From Bacillus subtilis subsp. subtilis str. 168 (lineage in GTDB: Bacteria > Bacillota > Bacilli > Bacillales > Bacillaceae), in assembly GCF_000009045.1 (NCBI RefSeq), contig NC_000964.3, positions 210,001 to 242,000 on the forward strand: 32,000 nt of DNA, in the 5' to 3' direction. The notes under the pieces were generated by a model. The model ran no database searches. It saw only the letters and a list, made by a program, of their open reading frames with translations, and was not told the DNA's origin. This document shows, in pieces, positions 1 to 7,632 of the stretch. Within the stretch, counting starts at the first letter, position 1. Each line of letters starts with the position of its first letter. The translations under genes and the position numbers were made by a program.

Positions 1-1
1 C

Positions 2-160
2 ATTGAAAAAAGTGTTGATATGATTCGACATCATCCCCTAGTGCCGTCATATGTTAAAGTTAGAGGTTTATTCGTTAATCATAAGGGTGGAAAACCCTCA
101 ATCGCGGAGGTTCCTGATGTTAAAACAGGTCAAGCCATGCCTGATCATTGCTTGTCATGA
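2..160 (+). CDS. ybcF: C-terminal end of a beta-carbonic anhydrase-like protein (partial, runs off the left edge)
   Basis: Frame 2 reads IEKSVDMIRHHPLVPSYVKVRGLFVNHKGGKPSIAEVPDVKTGQAMPDHCLS*; this resembles carbonic anhydrase C-termini and fits B. subtilis gene order. Confidence 0.6.
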   Translation: MEKSVDMIRHHPLVPSYVKVRGLFVNHKGGKPSIAEVPDVKTGQAMPDHCLS

Positions 161-223
161 TGAAATGCAGGTTTAACTTCTAAACGCACCCATATATGGA
201 GAAAGCAGTTCTAAGGAGATTGT

Positions 224-514
224 ATGAGCGCTAATTTAACTGATTTTGTCACGAAAACAATAGAGGAAATGAACTCGTTTGATCGTGAAAATATGGAATG
301 TATAAAAAAACTAATTAGAAAAGCAATTGATTTTTATCATCTAAAGTCTTATGAAGAAGTTGAGGAAACCCATTCAGGAAATGTTCGATTTTTGCATGTC
401 CACTCTATGATGGAAGAAAATATGTTATCCAAAATGATAGTGGTCACAAGAAACGGTAAAACTGATTTGGATATTGAAGGTGTATATGAAGGATATGTTG
501 TAAGAGAATATTAA
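224..514 (+). CDS. ybcH: Small conserved hypothetical protein (96 aa)
   Basis: ORF with SD-like AAGGAGAT just upstream of ATG; position between ybcF and ybcI. Confidence 0.65.
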   Translation: MSANLTDFVTKTIEEMNSFDRENMECIKKLIRKAIDFYHLKSYEEVEETHSGNVRFLHVHSMMEENMLSKMIVVTRNGKTDLDIEGVYEGYVVREY

Positions 515-571
515 TGAGACGAAATCACAAATAGAATATGCCAATTTTTTTGCTCAGGAGATGTATTAGAT

Positions 572-946
572 ATGAAAAAGTCTAAGGGTTCTATTGAATC
601 AGAGATCAGTAAGTCCATTACTCAATGGGAGAAGGATTATCTTGGGCGGGGGTCTGTATCTGTTAAGACTGATATACTGCGGGACATGATCATCGTCAAT
701 TTAAAAGGGATTTTAACACCAGCCGAATATGTAGTTTGTGGATCAAAAGAGGGTATGTTATCTATCAAACAAACTCGTTCAGAGTTAGTCGAATCAGGTA
801 TAGAAGGCCTTAAGGATATTATCTTAAAAATAACCGGAGAAAAAGTGAAAAGTTTTCATACTGATTTAAGCTCCCGGACAGGTGAACGAGTGATGGTATT
901 TAAATTATGTAATGATCTAGAGAAAAATTTGGAAAAGATCTTATAA
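572..946 (+). CDS. ybcI: DUF2294-type conserved protein (124 aa)
   Basis: ORF MKKSKGSIESEISKSITQWEKDYLGRG...; recognised family pattern and gene order. Confidence 0.75.
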   Translation: MKKSKGSIESEISKSITQWEKDYLGRGSVSVKTDILRDMIIVNLKGILTPAEYVVCGSKEGMLSIKQTRSELVESGIEGLKDIILKITGEKVKSFHTDLSSRTGERVMVFKLCNDLEKNLEKIL

Positions 947-1123
947 TCTAAAGAAAATAAATGTTTTGACGGTGTGGAATTTGTTGTGAATTGAACATAA
1001 AGAACTGCCGATTCTTTTGTTTTACAATTATGGTATCATTGATAACTTTTATTCATATCCTAAGCGGACATAAAGAGATGTCAATTCATAGTACACTGTC
1101 ATGTTATTCCTGTCGAAAGATCT

Positions 1124-1159
1124 AACATCCGCTGTTGTTATGAGCGGATGTTTTTTTAC
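1124..1159 (+). terminator. Rho-independent terminator
   Basis: AACATCCGCT ... AGCGGATGTT followed by a T-run. Confidence 0.8.
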
Positions 1160-1393
1160 ATCTATTTTAAATACATGAATTTGATGCTGGTGATTAGTCA
1201 CTTGAACAATATTTGAAAACATCCTTGTCACCTGCCGGGTTTCCCCAAGTGTTTAGTGACATGATTATGAGACCAACTTCGTAAAGCTTGCTGATAAATT
1301 TAAGCGGTGAACAAAATTGATATGCTGTCTTCAGTTTCATTTCACGGAATTAGTCAGAGATAAACCTTTAATTAAATATATCCAAAAAACGGA

Positions 1394-1431
1394 TTGACAT
1401 ATCGAAATATAACGATATAATAATCGATATG
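1394..1431 (+). promoter_or_regulatory. Sigma-A promoter overlapping ArsR-type operator half-sites, immediately upstream of ybzH
   Basis: TTGACA (1394-1399), 16 nt spacer, TATAAT (1416-1421), interleaved with ATATCG/CGATAT repeats. Confidence 0.65.
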
Positions 1432-1731
1432 GAACCAATTGAAGTATTCAAAGCCTTATCAAATGAATCAAGGCTGCAAATTTTACAATGGCTGAAGGAG
1501 CCCGATCGTCATTTTGCACCCCATGAAGGGATTGATATGAACACAATCGGGGTATGTGTCAGTCAAATAACAGACAAATTGAAAATGACGCAATCGACAG
1601 CTTCTCAATATCTTACCATCCTTTTAAGAGCCGGCCTAATTAAGGCGGAGCGAATCGGAAAGTACACGTATTATAAAAGAGATGAAGAAGCCATTGGGAA
1701 ACTTGCTGACTTTCTTAAAACAGAGATATAA
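1429..1731 (+). CDS. ybzH: ArsR-family winged-helix transcriptional repressor
   Basis: FKALSNESRLQILQWL...QSTASQYLTILLRAGLIKAERIGKYTYYKRDEEAI is a typical ArsR fold sequence. Confidence 0.9.
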   Translation: MEPIEVFKALSNESRLQILQWLKEPDRHFAPHEGIDMNTIGVCVSQITDKLKMTQSTASQYLTILLRAGLIKAERIGKYTYYKRDEEAIGKLADFLKTEI

Positions 1732-1732
1732 A

Positions 1733-1759
1733 AATAAACATCAAAAGATGTTTATTTTT
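1733..1759 (+). terminator. Terminator or attenuator between ybzH and ybcL
   Basis: AATAAACATC AAAA GATGTTTATT followed by TTT. Confidence 0.6.
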
Positions 1760-1805
1760 ACACCATACATATCGACATATTACGATGTGTTTATTTTTTT
1801 ATAAT

Positions 1806-1831
1806 AACATATCGATAATTCGTGATATGTT
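1806..1831. promoter_or_regulatory. Inverted repeat, candidate YbzH operator upstream of ybcL
   Basis: AACATATC-N10-GATATGTT; shares the CATATCG core with the element upstream of ybzH. Confidence 0.55.
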
Positions 1832-1858
1832 TATTAATAATTAAGGAGTGAATGTTTT

Positions 1859-3031
1859 ATGTCTAACACTTGGAAAATTTATATTTTAGCCATTGTCAGC
1901 TTTTTAGTTGGAACCTCAGAGTACATCATTTCCGGAATTTTGGATCAAATTGCTCATACTCTCGGGATCACTTTAGCTGCCGCGGGCCAGCTTATTACCA
2001 TTTTCTCACTTGTATATGCTCTTTCTACACCCGTACTTATGGCGTTGACAGCAAGTATGGATAGACGCAAATTGATGATGTATGCCCTAGGTTTGTTTGT
2101 GTTCGGTAATGTCCTGGCTTTTGTACTGCCTGGTTATGGATGGTTTATTGCAGCGCGGATCATTATGGCGATGGGAGCAGGTGTGGTTGTTGTCACCGCA
2201 TTAACGATTGCCGCTAAGATTGCATCGGAAGGGAAGCAGGGCAGTGCCATCGCTACGGTCGTGATGGGATTTACCGCTTCTTTAATCATTGGTGTTCCGC
2301 TTGGAAGAATGATAGCAGTAGCATTAGGCTGGAAGTCTGTATTTGGAGCCATTGCTTTGTTGGGATTGATCGCAATGGTCGTTATTTTCTTTACTCTTCC
2401 GTATACTGAAGGGGATAAGCCTGTGCCTTTGCTTCAACAGCTTGCTCTTTTCAAAAAACGGAAAGTGGCTATGGGATTATCAATCACTTTCTTCTGGCTC
2501 GGGGGATATTCTGTTGCTTACACTTATTTGTCACCGTATCTCTTGAACATCTCAGGTATAAATGGCAAGCTGCTCAGCGGTGTTTTGCTTATATTTGGAA
2601 TTGCCAGTTTGGTTGGATCGAAGTTTGGGGGATATAGCACCGATAAATGGGGAGTGCCCTTTACACTCGTTGGCGGGATGACGTTGCATATCGTCACACT
2701 GATTCTGCTGTCACTTGTTACTCATTCCTATATCGGAGTGTTGGTGATTCTCATATTATGGTCGTTTGCCGCATGGTCCACCGGTCCGACACAGCAATTT
2801 CACCTGGCTACAATAGAACCGGAAATGTCAGGTGTTTTGCTTAGCATGAATCAGTCAATGATGCAATTCGCCATGGCGGTCGGCGCAGGTATAGGAGGGG
2901 TTTTTGTGGAAAACGTATCATTGGCCTCGATTACCTGGGTTGGTGCGTTAGGGGTTATGATTGCAATTATTGCATCATTGCTGATTTTCAATTCGCAACC
3001 GAAACAAGCGCTAAAAGATATCAATCAATAA
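1859..3031 (+). CDS. ybcL: MFS drug-efflux-like transporter
   Basis: 12-TM MFS protein (VGTSEYIISGILDQIAHTLGITLAAAGQL...), adjacent to the ArsR regulator. Confidence 0.88.
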   Translation: MSNTWKIYILAIVSFLVGTSEYIISGILDQIAHTLGITLAAAGQLITIFSLVYALSTPVLMALTASMDRRKLMMYALGLFVFGNVLAFVLPGYGWFIAARIIMAMGAGVVVVTALTIAAKIASEGKQGSAIATVVMGFTASLIIGVPLGRMIAVALGWKSVFGAIALLGLIAMVVIFFTLPYTEGDKPVPLLQQLALFKKRKVAMGLSITFFWLGGYSVAYTYLSPYLLNISGINGKLLSGVLLIFGIASLVGSKFGGYSTDKWGVPFTLVGGMTLHIVTLILLSLVTHSYIGVLVILILWSFAAWSTGPTQQFHLATIEPEMSGVLLSMNQSMMQFAMAVGAGIGGVFVENVSLASITWVGALGVMIAIIASLLIFNSQPKQALKDINQ

Positions 3032-3044
3032 TTTCGAAAGTTCT

Positions 3045-3079
3045 AACATCCGCTCGTTATACAAGCGGGTGTTTTTTTT
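3045..3079 (+). terminator. Terminator after ybcL
   Basis: AACATCCGCT ... GCGGGTGTT followed by a T-run. Confidence 0.75.
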
Positions 3080-3104
3080 AGCGTAGTCAGTCCATGCATG
3101 AGTC

Positions 3105-3472
3105 TTCCAAGGGCCGACATCGTTCTGTATGTGTCGAAGGTGCACTGAAGCTGAATGAGATTTCTTAAGGCTTTGCCGCGGCGAGCTGAAGTACAGTACG
3201 ATTGCCTTGATCGAACACTGGAAACACAAGAGAACGTAAACCTGAACATCCGCGTAAACGTCAAGGAAGTTGCCACTTGGGGAGTAAACACTTGCATCAT
3301 CTCGCTGAAAGGCCTAGACAATGCGGATGACAGATTCGTATTGCCGGAAGTAAACACAGCGCTTGCTCTGTTTCCGTTGTCGATTGCAGCTGATTGCTTA
3401 CTAATGCTGCCCTGCATCTCGGTTGTGATGTCGATAAGCAGCGTAATGAAGAGTGTTACTGTGGAGTAAGAT
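3105..3472 (+). pseudogene. ybcM: Degenerate C-terminal fragment of glmS (glucosamine-6-phosphate synthase); includes the ORF annotated ybcM
   Basis: Frame-shifting translation gives EGALKLNEIS / (A)AGELKYSTIALIE / TQENVNLNIRVNVKEVATWGVNTCIISLKGLDNADDRFVLPEVNTALA / LQLIAY / AALHLGCDVDKQRN / KSVTVE*, co-linear with the GlmS C-terminus. Confidence 0.85.
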
Positions 3473-3476
3473 GTTT

Positions 3477-3510
3477 AACCCCTCTGGATATTTTAGCCGA
3501 AGGGGTTTTT
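3477..3510 (+). terminator. Terminator downstream of the glmS fragment
   Basis: AACCCCT ... AGGGGTTTTT. Confidence 0.7.
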
Positions 3511-3598
3511 AGTATAGATATTTGATTTAAATTACAGGAGACTTCATTCATTTAACCAAAGTCATTGCTTTCTTAATCACTAAAGTTTATTTGAAAAT

Positions 3599-3633
3599 AA
3601 TCTCTTGATTTAATTTCCTCGAAGAGATTTTTT
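3599..3633 (+). terminator. Terminator-like hairpin in the skf upstream region
   Basis: AATCTCTT ... AAGAGATTTTTT. Confidence 0.55.
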
Positions 3634-3856
3634 GTCAATCTATTAGGCATCAGAATTTTTATAACATAATGGACCGTCTTTTTGACGTTTTGTTTATAGA
3701 ACAAGAAAATATTCAAAACATAAGTGGAAAATTAGGGGTGAGCTCCTGTTTTTCTCGAGAGGATAGCTTGTCAGCTTTTCTATTTTTAAAGGGTTAAAAT
3801 ATTCTATTTATACTAATTAATGTAATTTTTAGGATAATATACAAAATCCCCCTTAC

Positions 3857-3864
3857 TTCGACAA
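3857..3864 (-). promoter_or_regulatory. Candidate Spo0A (0A) box in the skfA upstream region
   Basis: TTCGACAA is the reverse complement of TTGTCGAA, the Spo0A box core. skf is an established Spo0A-regulated operon. Confidence 0.5.
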
Positions 3865-3940
3865 TTGCAATCTGGTATTATCGTATCGCATGGGAGCTAT
3901 GTCAATAGACTCTATGCAAAAATTGAGAGGAGGTTTACTT

Positions 3941-4108
3941 ATGAAAAGAAACCAAAAAGAATGGGAATCTGTGAGTAAAAAAGGACTTATGAAGCCGGGA
4001 GGTACTTCGATTGTGAAAGCTGCTGGCTGCATGGGCTGTTGGGCCTCGAAGAGTATTGCTATGACACGTGTTTGTGCACTTCCGCATCCTGCTATGAGAG
4101 CTATTTAA
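3941..4108 (+). CDS. skfA: SKF cannibalism toxin precursor (sactipeptide, 55 aa)
   Basis: MKRNQKEWESVSKKGLMKPGGTSIVKAAGCMGCWASKSIAMTRVCALPHPAMRAI with GAGGAGGT SD; start chosen over the longer ORF beginning at 3890. Confidence 0.97.
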   Translation: MKRNQKEWESVSKKGLMKPGGTSIVKAAGCMGCWASKSIAMTRVCALPHPAMRAI

Positions 4109-4113
4109 CATTT

Positions 4114-4158
4114 GAGAATAGGGAGTTGAGCGTATTTGCTTATACTCCTTATTTTCTC
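4114..4158 (+). terminator. Intercistronic hairpin between skfA and skfB (partial terminator/processing site)
   Basis: GAGAATAGGGAGT ... ACTCCTTATTTTCTC hairpin, then the SD for skfB. Confidence 0.6.
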
Positions 4159-4174
4159 TTAAGGGGGATTTTAT

Positions 4175-5407
4175 ATGTCATATGATCGTGTTAAAGATTT
4201 TGATTTGCCAGAGTTAGCGGTTCATTTACAGCCTCATGGTGCTGTAATGATTGATAGAAAAAGTATGTTTTATTTCAGACTCAGTGGACGTGGAGCACAG
4301 TTGGCGTTTCTGTTATCAAAAAACAAAAATCTTCATAAAACGGCACGTATTTGGGAGATTATGAAAAAAGAAGAGATGAGTGCTGACCAATTAAAAGAAG
4401 AGCTTAGTGCCCATCCATTTACGGAGGCTTGGACGGAAGGGCTGTTAGATCAGCCTTTACACGTTTCGGGTTCGCTAGATTCATATTTACCTATTAGTTG
4501 TACCTTACAGTTGACAAATGCTTGTAATTTAAGCTGTTCGTTTTGCTATGCCAGCTCAGGTAAACCATATCCTGAGGAATTATCTAGTGAACAATGGATA
4601 TTGGTTATGCAAAAGCTAGCAGCCCATGGAGTTGCTGATATTACGCTGACCGGGGGTGAAGCAAAGCTGATCAAAGGGTTTAAAGAATTAGTCGTTGTTG
4701 CAAGTTCGTTGTTTACCAATGTGAATGTATTTAGTAATGGATTGAACTGGCGAGATGAAGAAGTTGAATTACTTAGTCACTTAGGCAATGTTTCTGTACA
4801 GATTAGTATTGATGGTATGGATAATACACATGACCAATTAAGAGGCAGAAAAGGCGGCTTTAAAGAAAGTATGAATACCATTAAAAAATTATCAGAAGCA
4901 AACATTCCAGTGATTGTCGCTATGACCATTAATGAGTCCAATGCTGATGAAGTATCAGATGTGGTGGAGCAATGTGCCAATGCGGGTGCTTTTATCTTTC
5001 GTGCAGGAAAAACGTTATCTGTTGGACGTGCGACAGAAGGCTTTAAGGCTTTGGATATTGATTTTGAAGAAATGGTTCAAATACAGCTTAGGGAAGCACG
5101 TCATAAATGGGGAGATCGCCTGAACATAATTGATTGGGAGCACGAAGAGAGTTCGTTCACAACAGATTTTTGTACACCAGGATATCTTGCTTGGTATATA
5201 AGAGCAGATGGATACGTAACTCCTTGCCAATTAGAAGATTTGCCGCTAGGGCATATTTTAGAAGATAGCATGGCTGACATTGGTTCACCTGCTCGTTTGC
5301 TTCAGTTAAAATGTGAAGCAAAAAATTGCAAATGTATAGGGAAAATTGAGCTATCTGAACCGGACTTACCTTTTCAAAAAGAAGTCAAGGCAGGGATTCA
5401 GGAATGA
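4175..5407 (+). CDS. skfB: Radical SAM enzyme forming the SkfA Cys-Met thioether
   Basis: TNACNLSCSFCYASSG (CxxxCxxC) and a Cys-rich C-terminal auxiliary cluster region (CTPGYLAWYIRADGYVTPC...CEAKNCKC). Confidence 0.96.
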   Translation: MSYDRVKDFDLPELAVHLQPHGAVMIDRKSMFYFRLSGRGAQLAFLLSKNKNLHKTARIWEIMKKEEMSADQLKEELSAHPFTEAWTEGLLDQPLHVSGSLDSYLPISCTLQLTNACNLSCSFCYASSGKPYPEELSSEQWILVMQKLAAHGVADITLTGGEAKLIKGFKELVVVASSLFTNVNVFSNGLNWRDEEVELLSHLGNVSVQISIDGMDNTHDQLRGRKGGFKESMNTIKKLSEANIPVIVAMTINESNADEVSDVVEQCANAGAFIFRAGKTLSVGRATEGFKALDIDFEEMVQIQLREARHKWGDRLNIIDWEHEESSFTTDFCTPGYLAWYIRADGYVTPCQLEDLPLGHILEDSMADIGSPARLLQLKCEAKNCKCIGKIELSEPDLPFQKEVKAGIQE

Positions 5408-6894
5408 ATAGTCTATCATTGGTGTTCTGGAGTATTTTAGCAGTTGTTGGATTACTGTTATTTATTAAATTCAAACCCCCAACAATTGCTTCACTACTCT
5501 TAAGCAAAGATGAGGCAAAAGAAATAAGCATTCAATTTATAAAAGAGTTTGTTGGGATAGATGTAGAGAACTGGGATTTTTATTCAGTATATTGGTATGA
5601 CCACGATACAGTAAATAAACTTCATCACTTAGGCATACTTAAGAAAAATAGAAAGGTTTTATATGATGTTGGGTTGGTCGAATCATGGAGAGTCCGTTTC
5701 GTTCACCAGAATCAATCATTTGTAGTTGGTGTCAATGCCAATCGAGAAATCACTTTTTTTTATGCGGATGTTCCGAAAAAAACCCTTTCGGGGAAGTTTG
5801 AACAAGTTTCTCCAGAGACACTCAAGCAGAGGTTAATGGCTTCACCTGATGGACTTTGGTCTAGAGCAAATATGACTGGTACTGGTAAAAAAGAGGAGGA
5901 TTTTCGCGAGGTCAGTACTTATTGGTACATAGCGGAAGCGGGAGATATTCGGCTCAAAGTGACTGTTGAATTACAGGGCGGCCGAATTTCTTATATTGGT
6001 ACTGAACAAGAAATACTAACAGATCAAATGAGTAAAGTCATTCGAGATGAACAAGTGGAATCGACATTCGGAGTATCTGGTATGCTGGGTTCAGCTTTAG
6101 CGATGATCCTTGCGATTCTCATCCTTGTATTTATGGATGTGCAAACAAGCATAATCTTCAGTCTTGTTCTGGGTTTGTTGATTATAATATGCCAGTCATT
6201 GACGCTGAAAGAAGATATTCAATTAACAATTGTAAATGCTTATGATGCAAGAATGAGTGTCAAAACGGTCAGTTTATTAGGTATTTTGTCTACACTTCTT
6301 ACAGGATTATTAACAGGATTTGTAGTATTTATATGTTCATTGGCAGGAAATGCGCTTGCTGGTGATTTTGGATGGAAAACGTTTGAACAACCAATAGTTC
6401 AGATTTTCTATGGAATAGGAGCAGGGCTCATTAGTTTAGGAGTGACTTCTCTGCTGTTTAACTTATTGGAGAAAAAGCAATATTTACGAATTTCACCTGA
6501 GCTTTCTAACCGAACTGTCTTTCTATCAGGTTTTACCTTTAGGCAAGGATTGAATATGAGCATACAAAGTTCAATTGGAGAAGAGGTCATCTATCGGCTA
6601 TTAATGATTCCAGTCATTTGGTGGATGAGTGGAAATATCCTCATCTCCATTATTGTATCTTCCTTTTTATGGGCGGTGATGCACCAAGTAACTGGATATG
6701 ACCCAAGGTGGATACGTTGGCTGCATCTATTTATATTCGGTTGCTTTCTGGGAGTTCTCTTCATCAAATTTGGTTTTATTTGTGTATTAGTAGCTCATTT
6801 CATTCATAATTTAGTACTCGTCTGTATGCCGCTGTGGCAGTTCAAGCTTCAGAAACATATGCATCATGATCAGCCAAAGCATACTTCACTCTAA
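5404..6894 (+). CDS. skfC: Membrane protein with CAAX protease/bacteriocin-processing (ABI) domain
   Basis: SIGEEVIYRLLMIPVIWW...FLWAVMHQVTGYDPRWIRWLHLFIFGCFLGVLFIKFGFICVLVAHFIHNL; overlaps the skfB stop. Confidence 0.93.
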   Translation: MNSLSLVFWSILAVVGLLLFIKFKPPTIASLLLSKDEAKEISIQFIKEFVGIDVENWDFYSVYWYDHDTVNKLHHLGILKKNRKVLYDVGLVESWRVRFVHQNQSFVVGVNANREITFFYADVPKKTLSGKFEQVSPETLKQRLMASPDGLWSRANMTGTGKKEEDFREVSTYWYIAEAGDIRLKVTVELQGGRISYIGTEQEILTDQMSKVIRDEQVESTFGVSGMLGSALAMILAILILVFMDVQTSIIFSLVLGLLIIICQSLTLKEDIQLTIVNAYDARMSVKTVSLLGILSTLLTGLLTGFVVFICSLAGNALAGDFGWKTFEQPIVQIFYGIGAGLISLGVTSLLFNLLEKKQYLRISPELSNRTVFLSGFTFRQGLNMSIQSSIGEEVIYRLLMIPVIWWMSGNILISIIVSSFLWAVMHQVTGYDPRWIRWLHLFIFGCFLGVLFIKFGFICVLVAHFIHNLVLVCMPLWQFKLQKHMHHDQPKHTSL

Positions 6895-6909
6895 TGATTA
6901 GGAGAAGAT

Positions 6910-7632
6910 TTGATGCAATTGATGCAAGTACAAAATTTAAGCAAATGCTATCGAAATGGTGATGGGGTTGAACATTTGTCTTTCTCAATTCAACGAGGAG
7001 AAATCGTGGCGCTATTGGGGCCAAATGGAGCTGGAAAAACAACGACAATTCGATGTTTGACAGGTCTCTATAAGCCGGATAAAGGAGATATCCTCATTGA
7101 GGGTTCTCCTCCAGGAGATATAAATGTTCAAAAAAAAGTCGCGCTTATTCCTGATCAGCCATATTTGTATCCCGCTTTAACTGCTGCTGAACATATTCAG
7201 TTTAGGGCAAGAGGATATCATCCAGGTAAAAAAGATGTAAAAGAAAGGGTTTATCATGCATTGAAGGAAGTGCACTTGGAGGAGAAAGCAAACCAATTGT
7301 GTGGTCAGCTGTCAAGAGGCCAAAAGCAGCGGGTTGTCCTGGCGGGGGCGATTGTTCAAGACGCTTTGCTGTATATATTAGACGAACCGACTGTGGGCCT
7401 TGATATCCCATCAAAACAGTGGCTCTCTAACTGGTTAAAAACTAAAACCGATCAAGGGTGTTCAGCATTTGTATCAACTCATAGTCTAGAGTTTGTTATA
7501 GAGACAGCAGACAGGGTGATATTAATTAGAGACGGCAAACTCATGCAGGATTTGTATGTTCCTCAATTCGAAGAACAAGCGGAATGGAGAAAAGAAGTGA
7601 TTCGTCTTCTAGGGGAATGGTCAGATGAATAA
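6910..7632 (+). CDS. skfE: ABC transporter ATP-binding protein (SKF export/immunity)
   Basis: Walker A GPNGAGKTTT, signature LSRGQKQR, Walker B LLYILDEPTVGLD. First in-frame ATG at 6913/6919 is also possible. Confidence 0.94.
   Translation: MMQLMQVQNLSKCYRNGDGVEHLSFSIQRGEIVALLGPNGAGKTTTIRCLTGLYKPDKGDILIEGSPPGDINVQKKVALIPDQPYLYPALTAAEHIQFRARGYHPGKKDVKERVYHALKEVHLEEKANQLCGQLSRGQKQRVVLAGAIVQDALLYILDEPTVGLDIPSKQWLSNWLKTKTDQGCSAFVSTHSLEFVIETADRVILIRDGKLMQDLYVPQFEEQAEWRKEVIRLLGEWSDE

Noticed and set aside
1049-1231. 60-aa ORF on the minus strand
   Set aside because: It runs through the strong plus-strand terminator at 1124-1159, has no SD or recognisable family, and is best explained as chance.
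1180-1380. Possible pseudogene remnant between the 1124 terminator and ybzH
   Set aside because: Short plausible peptide stretches appear but no co-linear similarity to a known family could be supported by eye.
3043-3417. 124-aa minus-strand ORF opposite ybcM
   Set aside because: It is antisense to clear GlmS-derived sequence and crosses a terminator; a shadow ORF.
3890-3940. N-terminal extension of skfA (MGAMSIDSMQKLRGGLL)
   Set aside because: The extension encodes the SD itself (GAGGAGGT); the ATG at 3941 gives the established 55-aa SkfA.
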